Origin: a bacterium
GTDB lineage: Bacteria > Omnitrophota > Gorgyraeia > Zapsychrales > Zapsychraceae
Reading direction: 5' to 3'
DNA length: 64,000 nucleotides
NCBI GenBank assembly: GCA_030429765.1
Contig: JAUIER010000001.1
Span: 129,302-193,301, forward strand
Both the position numbers and the translations under genes were made by a program. The stretch's first letter is position 1. Each line of letters starts with the position of its first letter. Positions 56,936-64,000 of this stretch are shown piece after piece. The notes below the pieces were generated by a model. It saw only the letters and a program-made list of their open reading frames with translations. It was not told the DNA's origin and did not search any database.

Positions 56936-57313
56936 ATGTCGAACATGAGCAGGTCTGAATTAAAAAACAAAATAAACAGACAACAAAAAATTTTAAAAGT
57001 CGTTATTTTGGTTTTCATCATGATAACTTTTTTGGCGGGAGTATTTATTTACAATAGTCTCAACGAGGTGCAGAGATATTTTGAAACGAGTCAGGTGAGT
57101 TTTATTCAGAATATAGAGGCAAAGACAGACACTGAGATTTTGTTAAAAAATCGAGGTTTAATAATGGCCAACCATATCGTCCAAACATCGAAATCTCTTG
57201 GGATAATTTTGTCTGGATTGGTTGTTTTTGTGGGAATGCACAGCGCATTGATGTTATATCTGCTGCGAAAGAATAACAGTAAATTATTGGAGTTACTTGA
57301 ATCAAAGGAATAA
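56936..57313 (+). CDS. AT-rich membrane protein (2 TM)
   Basis: Two TM helices; AT-rich codons. Confidence 0.55.
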   Translation: MSNMSRSELKNKINRQQKILKVVILVFIMITFLAGVFIYNSLNEVQRYFETSQVSFIQNIEAKTDTEILLKNRGLIMANHIVQTSKSLGIILSGLVVFVGMHSALMLYLLRKNNSKLLELLESKE

Positions 57314-57380
57314 TTCACTATAAAATCCAACAGATCGCCAAAGACAGATGTCCTCAGTAATGAAGTATCACTCCGTTTAT

Positions 57381-57420
57381 TTTACACAATCGTCACATAA
57401 TCTTCACTTAAAAGCGACAT
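57381..57420 (+). promoter_or_regulatory. Pho box-like direct repeats upstream of phoB
   Basis: TTTACAC/GTCACAT/TTCACTT/GCGACAT starting at 57381, 57392, 57403, 57414 (11-bp period). Confidence 0.65.
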
Positions 57421-57569
57421 GGAATGGATAGTCTACTCACAGACAGTCAGGTCAGATGGGGGGCACGGTCCATTCATTTTTCTCCTCCAATGAAAAATGG
57501 CCCCCCATTTATTACAATCGGCATGCCTTTACACCCCGGGATTCCAGTAATAGAATAGTTGAGATCATT

Positions 57570-58265
57570 ATGTCAGGCGAAAGTATACTATTAGTTGAAG
57601 ACGACAAGCATATCTCCAAACTCGTCAAATACAATCTCGAGAAGGCGGGTTACCGTTGTTTGGCCGTGGTAACCGGGGAGGATGGATTTGAGTATTTGGG
57701 CCGCGAACGGGTGGATCTGATCATCCTGGATGTGATGCTGCCCAAGATGGACGGGTTTGAGGTCTGCCGGGCGATCAAGCAGGACGGCCGGTTTGCGTCG
57801 ATTCCGATCATTATGCTGACGGCAAGGGCCGAGGAGGTGGATCGTATTGTCGGGCTGGAACTTGGGGCAGACGATTATATGGCCAAACCATTCAGTCCCC
57901 GGGAATTGATCCTTCGCGTCAAGGCCATCCTCAAACGAAGCGCTCCCCAAGCCGAGAAAAAGGTCGAGGAGATCCTGAGCTTTGACAAGCTCAAGGTCGA
58001 CATGCCGCGTCATCGGGTCACGGTCAGCGGCAAGGAGGTCAAGCTGACGGCGATGGAATTTGATCTACTAGCCACATTGCTTAAACGCAAAGGTCGCGTC
58101 CAGAGCCGCGACCGATTGCTGACCGACGTGTGGAGCATCGAAGCGGATGTCACCACCCGCACCGTGGACACCCATGTCAAACGTCTGCGGCAGAAGCTCG
58201 GGCCTTACGGCAAGTATATCGAGACCGTCCGCGGGTACGGCTACCGGTTTTTTGAACAGGAGTAA
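57570..58265 (+). CDS. phoB: OmpR/PhoB-family response regulator of the phosphate regulon
   Basis: LVEDD, LDVMLP, MLTA, GADDY.AKPFS, TVDTHVKRLR, ETVRGYGY; context with phoR and pst; start ATG 57570 preferred over 57456. Confidence 0.9.
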   Translation: MSGESILLVEDDKHISKLVKYNLEKAGYRCLAVVTGEDGFEYLGRERVDLIILDVMLPKMDGFEVCRAIKQDGRFASIPIIMLTARAEEVDRIVGLELGADDYMAKPFSPRELILRVKAILKRSAPQAEKKVEEILSFDKLKVDMPRHRVTVSGKEVKLTAMEFDLLATLLKRKGRVQSRDRLLTDVWSIEADVTTRTVDTHVKRLRQKLGPYGKYIETVRGYGYRFFEQE

Positions 58266-58270
58266 TACGT

Positions 58271-60064
58271 TTGCGTATCAGCATTCAATACAAAATCACC
58301 TTCATCTTCGCTGTCGTCGTCGCCGCCATTCTCGCCAGCGTTTTTATTTATCTGCATAACAATATAAAGGATCAGGCCTTTCAGAGCATCAAGCGTGAGC
58401 TCAACAAAGAGACGCGGCTGTCGATGCGTTATCTTCAGACGAACATGCCGGCACGTTCGGACATCCGTTCGATTGACGCGATTGCCGATACAATCGGCGA
58501 GTCGTTGGGGGTGCGGGTGACGGTCATCGCCCTGGACGGCAAGGTGTTGGGCGATTCAGAGTTGTCGGTCCAACAGGTCCGCACCATCGACAATCATCTC
58601 TACCGTCCGGAGATTCAGCGCGCGCTGCAGTCCGGAATGGGTGAGGTCCGGCGTTTTAGCCGGACCGTTAATCAGGAACTGCTCTATCACGCCCGGATAT
58701 TTACCGGGTCGGACAATCAGCCCCAGGGATTTATCCGTCTGGCGGTTCCGCTGTCCGATATTCGGAGCTTTACCGACGGTCTCAAGCGGCTGATCCTGTT
58801 TTCATTGGGATTCGCGTTTGTGTTGGCGCTGGTGTTCGGATGGCTGGCGACCAATCTGATTTCGCGGCCGATTAAATCGGTGTCGTCGGTGGCCAAGGGG
58901 ATTTCCAGAGGCGATTTTTCGGAACGCGCGGGTGTTTATTCCAATGATGAGCTGGGTGACCTGTCCACGTCGATCAATCACATGTCCAAGCAGATCAAGG
59001 AGCGTATTGATGAGGTGACCACCAGCCGGCTTCGGCTTGAGGCGGTGCTGCTGAGTATGTTTGACGGGGTGATCGTTGTGGGCGCGGACGGGAAGATTGT
59101 ATTGATGAACCAAACCCTGCGGGAATTGCTTCAGGTGACCGAGGAGGTGGTCGGGAAAAAGCCGATCGAGGTGATCCGGAATGTTGAGGTGCAGGAGATC
59201 ATCAGTCAGGTGATGAAAAAACAAAAGTCGGTGTCCTCGCGGGAAATCTCGGTGCTGTTTCCCAAGAAACGTGAGCTGATCATTCACGCCGCGCCGGTGG
59301 TCATGAAGGACACGATCGACGGGGTAGTGATGGTGTTTCACGATATCTCCGATCTCAAACGCCTGGAGGCCGTCCGTAAGGACTTTGTCGCCAATGTCTC
59401 ACACGAATTGCGCACGCCGATTACCAATATCAAAGGTTATGCCGAGACCCTGCTTGAGGGCGCTTTGACCGACAAGGCCAACGCGGAAGACTTCACGCGG
59501 ATTATTTATAACGAGTCCGAACGCCTGGCCAAATTGGTGGAGGACGTCCTGGATCTGTCCAAGATTGAATCCGGGAAGATCAAATATGATTTTCAACCGC
59601 AGGACATCGGCTTGCTGGTTGACCGCGTGGAAAAAGGTCTACGTAAGCAGATGCAAAAAAAACGCATCACCTTCCGCCGGGACATTCCCGCTGATTTTCC
59701 GCCTGTCCAATGTGACGGGCCAAGCATCGCCCAGGTGCTCCTGAACCTGATGGAGAATGCCCTCAAATACAATAACGAAGGCGGATACATTGCCGTGTCC
59801 GCCCGGGTGGACGCCGACAAGGCCGTGATCGCCGTGTCCGATAACGGCCTCGGTATTCCCGAGGAAGATATCCCCCGGATTTTTGAGCGGTTTTTCCGGG
59901 TGGATAAGGCCCATTCCCGCGAGATCGGGGGAACCGGTCTGGGGCTGTCCATCGTCAAACACCTGATCCAGTCCCATCAGGGTGAAGTTCAGGTGACGAG
60001 CCAGCTAGGGTTGGGCTCTACCTTCAGTTTCAGCCTGCCGATTGCCTCCAAAAATGTCACATAA
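58271..60064 (+). CDS. phoR: Phosphate regulon sensor kinase (TM-HAMP-PAS-HisKA-HATPase)
   Basis: DNHLYRPE, RKDFVANVSHELRTP, NLMENALKY, FERFFRVDKAHSR..GGTGLGLSIVKH. Confidence 0.92.
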   Translation: MRISIQYKITFIFAVVVAAILASVFIYLHNNIKDQAFQSIKRELNKETRLSMRYLQTNMPARSDIRSIDAIADTIGESLGVRVTVIALDGKVLGDSELSVQQVRTIDNHLYRPEIQRALQSGMGEVRRFSRTVNQELLYHARIFTGSDNQPQGFIRLAVPLSDIRSFTDGLKRLILFSLGFAFVLALVFGWLATNLISRPIKSVSSVAKGISRGDFSERAGVYSNDELGDLSTSINHMSKQIKERIDEVTTSRLRLEAVLLSMFDGVIVVGADGKIVLMNQTLRELLQVTEEVVGKKPIEVIRNVEVQEIISQVMKKQKSVSSREISVLFPKKRELIIHAAPVVMKDTIDGVVMVFHDISDLKRLEAVRKDFVANVSHELRTPITNIKGYAETLLEGALTDKANAEDFTRIIYNESERLAKLVEDVLDLSKIESGKIKYDFQPQDIGLLVDRVEKGLRKQMQKKRITFRRDIPADFPPVQCDGPSIAQVLLNLMENALKYNNEGGYIAVSARVDADKAVIAVSDNGLGIPEEDIPRIFERFFRVDKAHSREIGGTGLGLSIVKHLIQSHQGEVQVTSQLGLGSTFSFSLPIASKNVT

Positions 60065-60109
60065 AGTTCACATTCATGCCAAATAGAGTTCACCCGCGAT
60101 TTATACAAT
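60056..60109 (+). promoter_or_regulatory. Pho boxes and -10 element of the porin-pst operon
   Basis: GTCACAT/TTCACAT/GCCAAAT/TTCACCC at 60056, 60067, 60078, 60089, then TACAAT at 60104. Confidence 0.7.
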
Positions 60110-60153
60110 AAAGAAAAAAATGCGATAAATATTGTTAATGAGGAGATGAACAA

Positions 60154-60348
60154 GTGAACCGATTTGAACAGGCGAACAGTCCACATATCGACCAGGTCGC
60201 GAGTAACCTTAGAACACAGATCATCAGTCTGCACAATGTGCTGGAAACCATCGAACGCACTCACCGATACGAGGATAGTTTTATCACGGAATCTCTCAGG
60301 GATTCGGAGCTTGAGCTGCGACGTTTAAGAAAATTTATAAACAGCTAG
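60154..60348 (+). CDS. Small helical hypothetical protein heading the pst operon
   Basis: SD AGGAG 8 nt before GTG; amphipathic helices. Confidence 0.5.
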   Translation: MNRFEQANSPHIDQVASNLRTQIISLHNVLETIERTHRYEDSFITESLRDSELELRRLRKFINS

Positions 60349-60403
60349 GCCGCAACCGGGTTTGGCGTCATTTAATCAGCAAGTTAATCAGGAGGAATCA
60401 TCA

Positions 60404-61672
60404 ATGAAGCGAGCTTTACTAGTCTTCGGCATCTTACTCTGCTCGGTATTGGTTGCAAAAGTACCAGCCGTTCACGCCGGCGAATTGGACATCTTATTAG
60501 AGAAGTTGGTCGACAAGGGAGTGCTGACTCCGATCGAAGCCACCATCATCAAGGATGAAACCAAGCAAGCCGTGGCCGGAGAAGTTTCACAGGGAAAATC
60601 TTACGCCGTCCCCAGCTGGGCGCAGAAACTGAAAATCAAACAAGACCTGCGTCTGAGATACCAGAATGAAGTCAGGGACAGCGATGTCAAACACCGCAAC
60701 CGGATGCGCGTGCGCTACCGTTTAGGTGTCATATCAAACCCATTCAAGGATATTGAGATCGGAGCGGGGTTAGCGACGGGATCCAGTGATCCACGGTCAA
60801 CCAATCAGACCCTCGGCGACAATTTCTCTTCCAAGGGAATAAATCTCGACTATGCCTACGCCCAATGGAAGGCGACAAAAAACCTTAAAGTGATCGCCGG
60901 TAAGTTTAAGCGTAAGGCGTATCTTTGGCAACCCACGGACCTTTTGTGGGACGGAGATATCAACCCGGAAGGGGTCTCGGTTAATTACGAAAAAAGTCTG
61001 ACCAAGAACTCAAAGGTGTATGTCAACACCGGTTGGTGGAACATTGACGAACGTGACCAGCGGCAAGGGGATCTGGGTAACGCGTTTATGTACTATGGTC
61101 AGGTCGGAAATAAATGGAAGAAGGGTGATGTTGACGCCCAGGTGGCCGCCATGGTCTACAAGTTTTCCGGCGTAAAAGGCAACGAGCTGGGGGACAATAA
61201 AGTGGTTGGAGATGACGGCGGGTCCGATACAAATACGGAAATCGGAAACCTGTTGGCCTTCGACTATGACTCAAAGGGATTGGCCGGGGAGATCGGGATC
61301 AAGAATCCGTTCGGATTTGAAAGTATCGAACGATTTGCGGTTTTTGGTCAGTATGTCCGCAACTTCACCATCAGCAAGGACAATCAAGGCTGGTCAAGCG
61401 GGTTTAAATTCGGGCACAAGAAAGTCGCCAAGCCGGGAAACTGGCAGTTTAAATACATCTATGCCGAACTTCAACGTGACGCGTGGCTGGATATATTCCC
61501 GGATTCAGACCGTTATGGCGGTAAGACCGATATCAAGGCTCACGAGCTTGTGTTCCAATACGCGCTTCGAAAGGACCTCGTTTTGGGCATCGATCTGTAC
61601 AAGGCCCAGCGGTTGGACCAGGGAAAGAACAAGGAAATTCTGGGCCAATTTGACCTGGTTTTCAAGTTCTAG
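60404..61672 (+). CDS. Putative outer-membrane porin (phosphate-related by context)
   Basis: SD GGAGG; signal peptide; LLEKLVDKGVLT; DLRLRY, STNQTL, WDGDINPEG; terminal Phe. Confidence 0.8.
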   Translation: MKRALLVFGILLCSVLVAKVPAVHAGELDILLEKLVDKGVLTPIEATIIKDETKQAVAGEVSQGKSYAVPSWAQKLKIKQDLRLRYQNEVRDSDVKHRNRMRVRYRLGVISNPFKDIEIGAGLATGSSDPRSTNQTLGDNFSSKGINLDYAYAQWKATKNLKVIAGKFKRKAYLWQPTDLLWDGDINPEGVSVNYEKSLTKNSKVYVNTGWWNIDERDQRQGDLGNAFMYYGQVGNKWKKGDVDAQVAAMVYKFSGVKGNELGDNKVVGDDGGSDTNTEIGNLLAFDYDSKGLAGEIGIKNPFGFESIERFAVFGQYVRNFTISKDNQGWSSGFKFGHKKVAKPGNWQFKYIYAELQRDAWLDIFPDSDRYGGKTDIKAHELVFQYALRKDLVLGIDLYKAQRLDQGKNKEILGQFDLVFKF

Positions 61673-61752
61673 GTTGAACGACACAATTCGTTGACACTAC
61701 ATAAATTAGCATTATAATTAGGACATCCATACAAGCAAAAATGGAGGAACAC

Positions 61753-62628
61753 ATGAAAAAAATTCTAGCCTTCGCAGCCATCGGAATCTGTTTCGCGCTG
61801 CAGACCGCCACGGCGGATGCGGCTAAGATGCTGCAGATCAAAGGTTCAGATACGCTGATCAATCTCGTCCAGCGGCTGGCCGAAGTATACATGGAAGAAA
61901 ATCCGGGCAAATACATCGCCGTCACCGGTGGTGGATCCGGTACCGGTGTCGCAGCCATGATCAACAACAAATGCGACATCGCCAACTCATCACGATTAAT
62001 GAAACCCAAAGAGCTGAAATTGGCCGCTGACAACGGAGTCACCGCCCACCGCGTGGTTATTGCCATGGACGGATTAAGTGTGATCACCAATCCTTCTCTG
62101 GGAGTTGATAAGTTGACCGTTGATCAAATCGGCGCTTTGTTCCGTGGCGAGATCACTAATTGGAAAGACATCGGCGGACCGGATCGTAAAGTGACACTTT
62201 ACGGGCGTCAATCCAATTCCGGAACATACGTATACTTTCAGGATTACATCCTGAAGGGAGATTATTCTCAGAAAATGAACCGGATGAATGGAAACGCCCA
62301 GATTGTTGAAGGGGTGAAGGCGGATCCAGGCGGTATCGGATATGTCGGTGTGGGTTATGTGAAAGAGGCCAACGGTTTGACCGTTGTTTCTGTCGCGGCC
62401 AAGGCCGGGGCGGAATATGCCAGTCCATTAAACTCAGCGGACGTAAAGAGCGGAAAATATCCCATCGCGCGACCGTTAAATCAATACATCAACGGAAATC
62501 CGACGGGTGCCGTTCGAGAATTTCTGGAATACGAATTGAGCCCGGCCGGACAGCGGGTTGTTGAGGAAGAAGGATTTTTTCCAATCCCTCAGGAATATAA
62601 AGAGTACAATAAGAAGGCTGGACTTTAA
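61753..62628 (+). CDS. pstS: Phosphate ABC transporter substrate-binding protein
   Basis: IKGSDT, GGGSGTG, SSR, GRQSNSGT, YPIARPL. Confidence 0.95.
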   Translation: MKKILAFAAIGICFALQTATADAAKMLQIKGSDTLINLVQRLAEVYMEENPGKYIAVTGGGSGTGVAAMINNKCDIANSSRLMKPKELKLAADNGVTAHRVVIAMDGLSVITNPSLGVDKLTVDQIGALFRGEITNWKDIGGPDRKVTLYGRQSNSGTYVYFQDYILKGDYSQKMNRMNGNAQIVEGVKADPGGIGYVGVGYVKEANGLTVVSVAAKAGAEYASPLNSADVKSGKYPIARPLNQYINGNPTGAVREFLEYELSPAGQRVVEEEGFFPIPQEYKEYNKKAGL

Positions 62629-62640
62629 TCCAGGCATGAC

Positions 62641-62675
62641 GCTAAGGGCGGCAGTCACGAGCTGTCGTCCTTAGC
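62641..62675 (+). other. Intercistronic stem-loop between pstS and pstC
   Basis: GCTAAGGGCGGCAG/CTGTCGTCCTTAGC 14-bp stem with no T-run; likely stabilises pstS mRNA. Confidence 0.7.
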
Positions 62676-62692
62676 CTACTTTCGGGGAAGAT

Positions 62693-63625
62693 ATGAGCCA
62701 AACGGCAACAATAAACAGAGAATTTACTCGACCCAAAAAGATTTTATCCACAGCCATGACCGATAAGTTGGTGCATGGCTTTTTCTTTGTCAACGGCATG
62801 ATTTCCGTGGTGGTGCTCCTTGGAATTTTCGCGCTGTTGGTCTACACGTCATTTCCCGCCTTTCAGGAAGTGAACATTTGGGAATTCTTGACCGGCAAGA
62901 CCTGGAACCCGACGTCATATTACAAGGCGGTCTACGGGATTGTTCCGATGTTGGTCAGTACATTTATGGTGACCATCGGGGCCTTGGTGATTGCCATTCC
63001 CTTGGGGATAGGCACGGCGGCCTACTTATCAGATGTCGCGTCACCGCGTAAACGTGAGATCATCAAGCCCATCGTCGAGATTCTCGCCGGGATTCCATCG
63101 GTTGTTGTTGGATTTTTGGGTATTGTGGTCGTGGGGCCGGTCATTGCCAAGGTGTTCGGATTGCCCAATGGACTGAATGCCTTAAATGGTTCGGTGCTTT
63201 TAGCGGTGATGGCCCTGCCGACGATTATCAGCATTTCTGAAGATGCCTTAAACAATGTCCCGAAATCTTATGATCACGCGTCACTAGCATTGGGTGCATC
63301 CAAATGGCAGACGGTGGTCAAGGTCAAACTGCCGGCGGCGATGTCGGGGATTATCGCGGCCTGTATGTTGGGAATGGGACGGGCGATTGGTGAAACCATG
63401 ACGGTTTTGATGGCCACAGGTTGCGCGCCGGCCATGCCGGACAGCATTATGGGGTCGGTCCGCACGTTGACCTCCTCGATCGCGATTGAGCTGGGAGAGG
63501 TCGCTTACAATACGACGCATTACTACGCGTTGTTCGCGCTGGGTCTGGTGTTGTTTATTTTGACGTTTGTTATCAATCTGATTTCTGATTTAGTGCTCCA
63601 TAAGTATGAAAAGGTGAATCGCTGA
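62693..63625 (+). CDS. pstC: Phosphate ABC transporter permease
   Basis: EILAGIPSVV.G, ALGASKWQT, GRAIGETMTVLMATG. Confidence 0.95.
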   Translation: MSQTATINREFTRPKKILSTAMTDKLVHGFFFVNGMISVVVLLGIFALLVYTSFPAFQEVNIWEFLTGKTWNPTSYYKAVYGIVPMLVSTFMVTIGALVIAIPLGIGTAAYLSDVASPRKREIIKPIVEILAGIPSVVVGFLGIVVVGPVIAKVFGLPNGLNALNGSVLLAVMALPTIISISEDALNNVPKSYDHASLALGASKWQTVVKVKLPAAMSGIIAACMLGMGRAIGETMTVLMATGCAPAMPDSIMGSVRTLTSSIAIELGEVAYNTTHYYALFALGLVLFILTFVINLISDLVLHKYEKVNR

Positions 63626-63626
63626 T

Positions 63627-64000
63627 ATGAACATCAAAAAAGTTCACGAGTTTATCGGTTTTGGAATCCTTCGGATGTGTCTGTTTTTTGTGCTGCTGGC
63701 CTTATCGGTGATCCTGTGGGACATCATTTCCAAAGGTCATTCAGTGATCAGCTGGGAGTTTTTGACGTCGATGCCCCGTAAAGGGATGACCGAAGGTGGG
63801 ATCTGGCCGGCCATTGTCGGGACGTTTTTTGTGACGATCATCACTGCGATATTTTCGATTCCGCTGGGTATGGGCTGCGCGATTTACCTAAATGAATATG
63901 CCAAGGGCGGAAAAATCACCCGATTGATCCGGATGTCGATCCGGAATTTGTCGGGAGTACCGTCGATCGTATACGGACTGTTTGGAGTGGTTCTCTTTGT
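63627..64000 (+). CDS. pstA: Phosphate ABC transporter permease (partial, runs off the window)
   Basis: Translated by hand from ATG 63627: ...SWEFLT.MP..GMTEGGIWPAIVGT...AIYLNEY...NLSGVPSIVYGLFG. Confidence 0.92.
   Translation, partial: MNIKKVHEFIGFGILRMCLFFVLLALSVILWDIISKGHSVISWEFLTSMPRKGMTEGGIWPAIVGTFFVTIITAIFSIPLGMGCAIYLNEYAKGGKITRLIRMSIRNLSGVPSIVYGLFGVVLF

Noticed and set aside
1-64000. tRNA, rRNA, IS elements, prophage, exosortase for the PEP-CTERM proteins
   Set aside because: No recognisable signatures found by eye; the exosortase is presumably elsewhere in the genome

Overview
Bacterial chromosomal window, mostly + strand, with a diderm envelope (TonB receptor, porin, lipid A-type acyltransferase, PEP-CTERM proteins, type IV pilin). 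A large paralogous protein family recalls Candidatus Omnitrophota (OP3); this is from memory and not verified. No rRNA, tRNA, CRISPR array or transposase is evident. Housekeeping content: ppa, a PLD, EndoQ-like nuclease and UvrD-like helicase, csp, mscS, and phoB-phoR-porin-pstSCA with 11-bp-periodic Pho boxes. Three things stand out. (1) Two ~1200-aa paralogues share an N-terminal domain and a C-terminal GGID domain but carry unrelated cargo (HEAT-like and tandem XRE-HTH modules in one, a Cys-Asp-His PHA-depolymerase-like hydrolase in the other). The modules are bounded by a recurrent D-x-A-[MV]-L motif, and both genes share a 5'UTR motif, suggesting a polymorphic multi-cargo delivery system. 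(2) A radical SAM/SPASM peptide-modification locus has a 40-aa Cys-Cys precursor missing from the ORF track, flanked by a TonB receptor, an orphan peptide-binding protein, an ABC exporter, a sensor kinase whose phospho-His is Tyr, an AraC-type response regulator and a pseudo-receiver: a candidate peptide-signalling circuit. (3) A c-di-GMP-I riboswitch interrupted by a ~67-nt structured insertion lies upstream of a 1581-aa repeat-containing surface protein. All calls were made by eye; no database searches were run.
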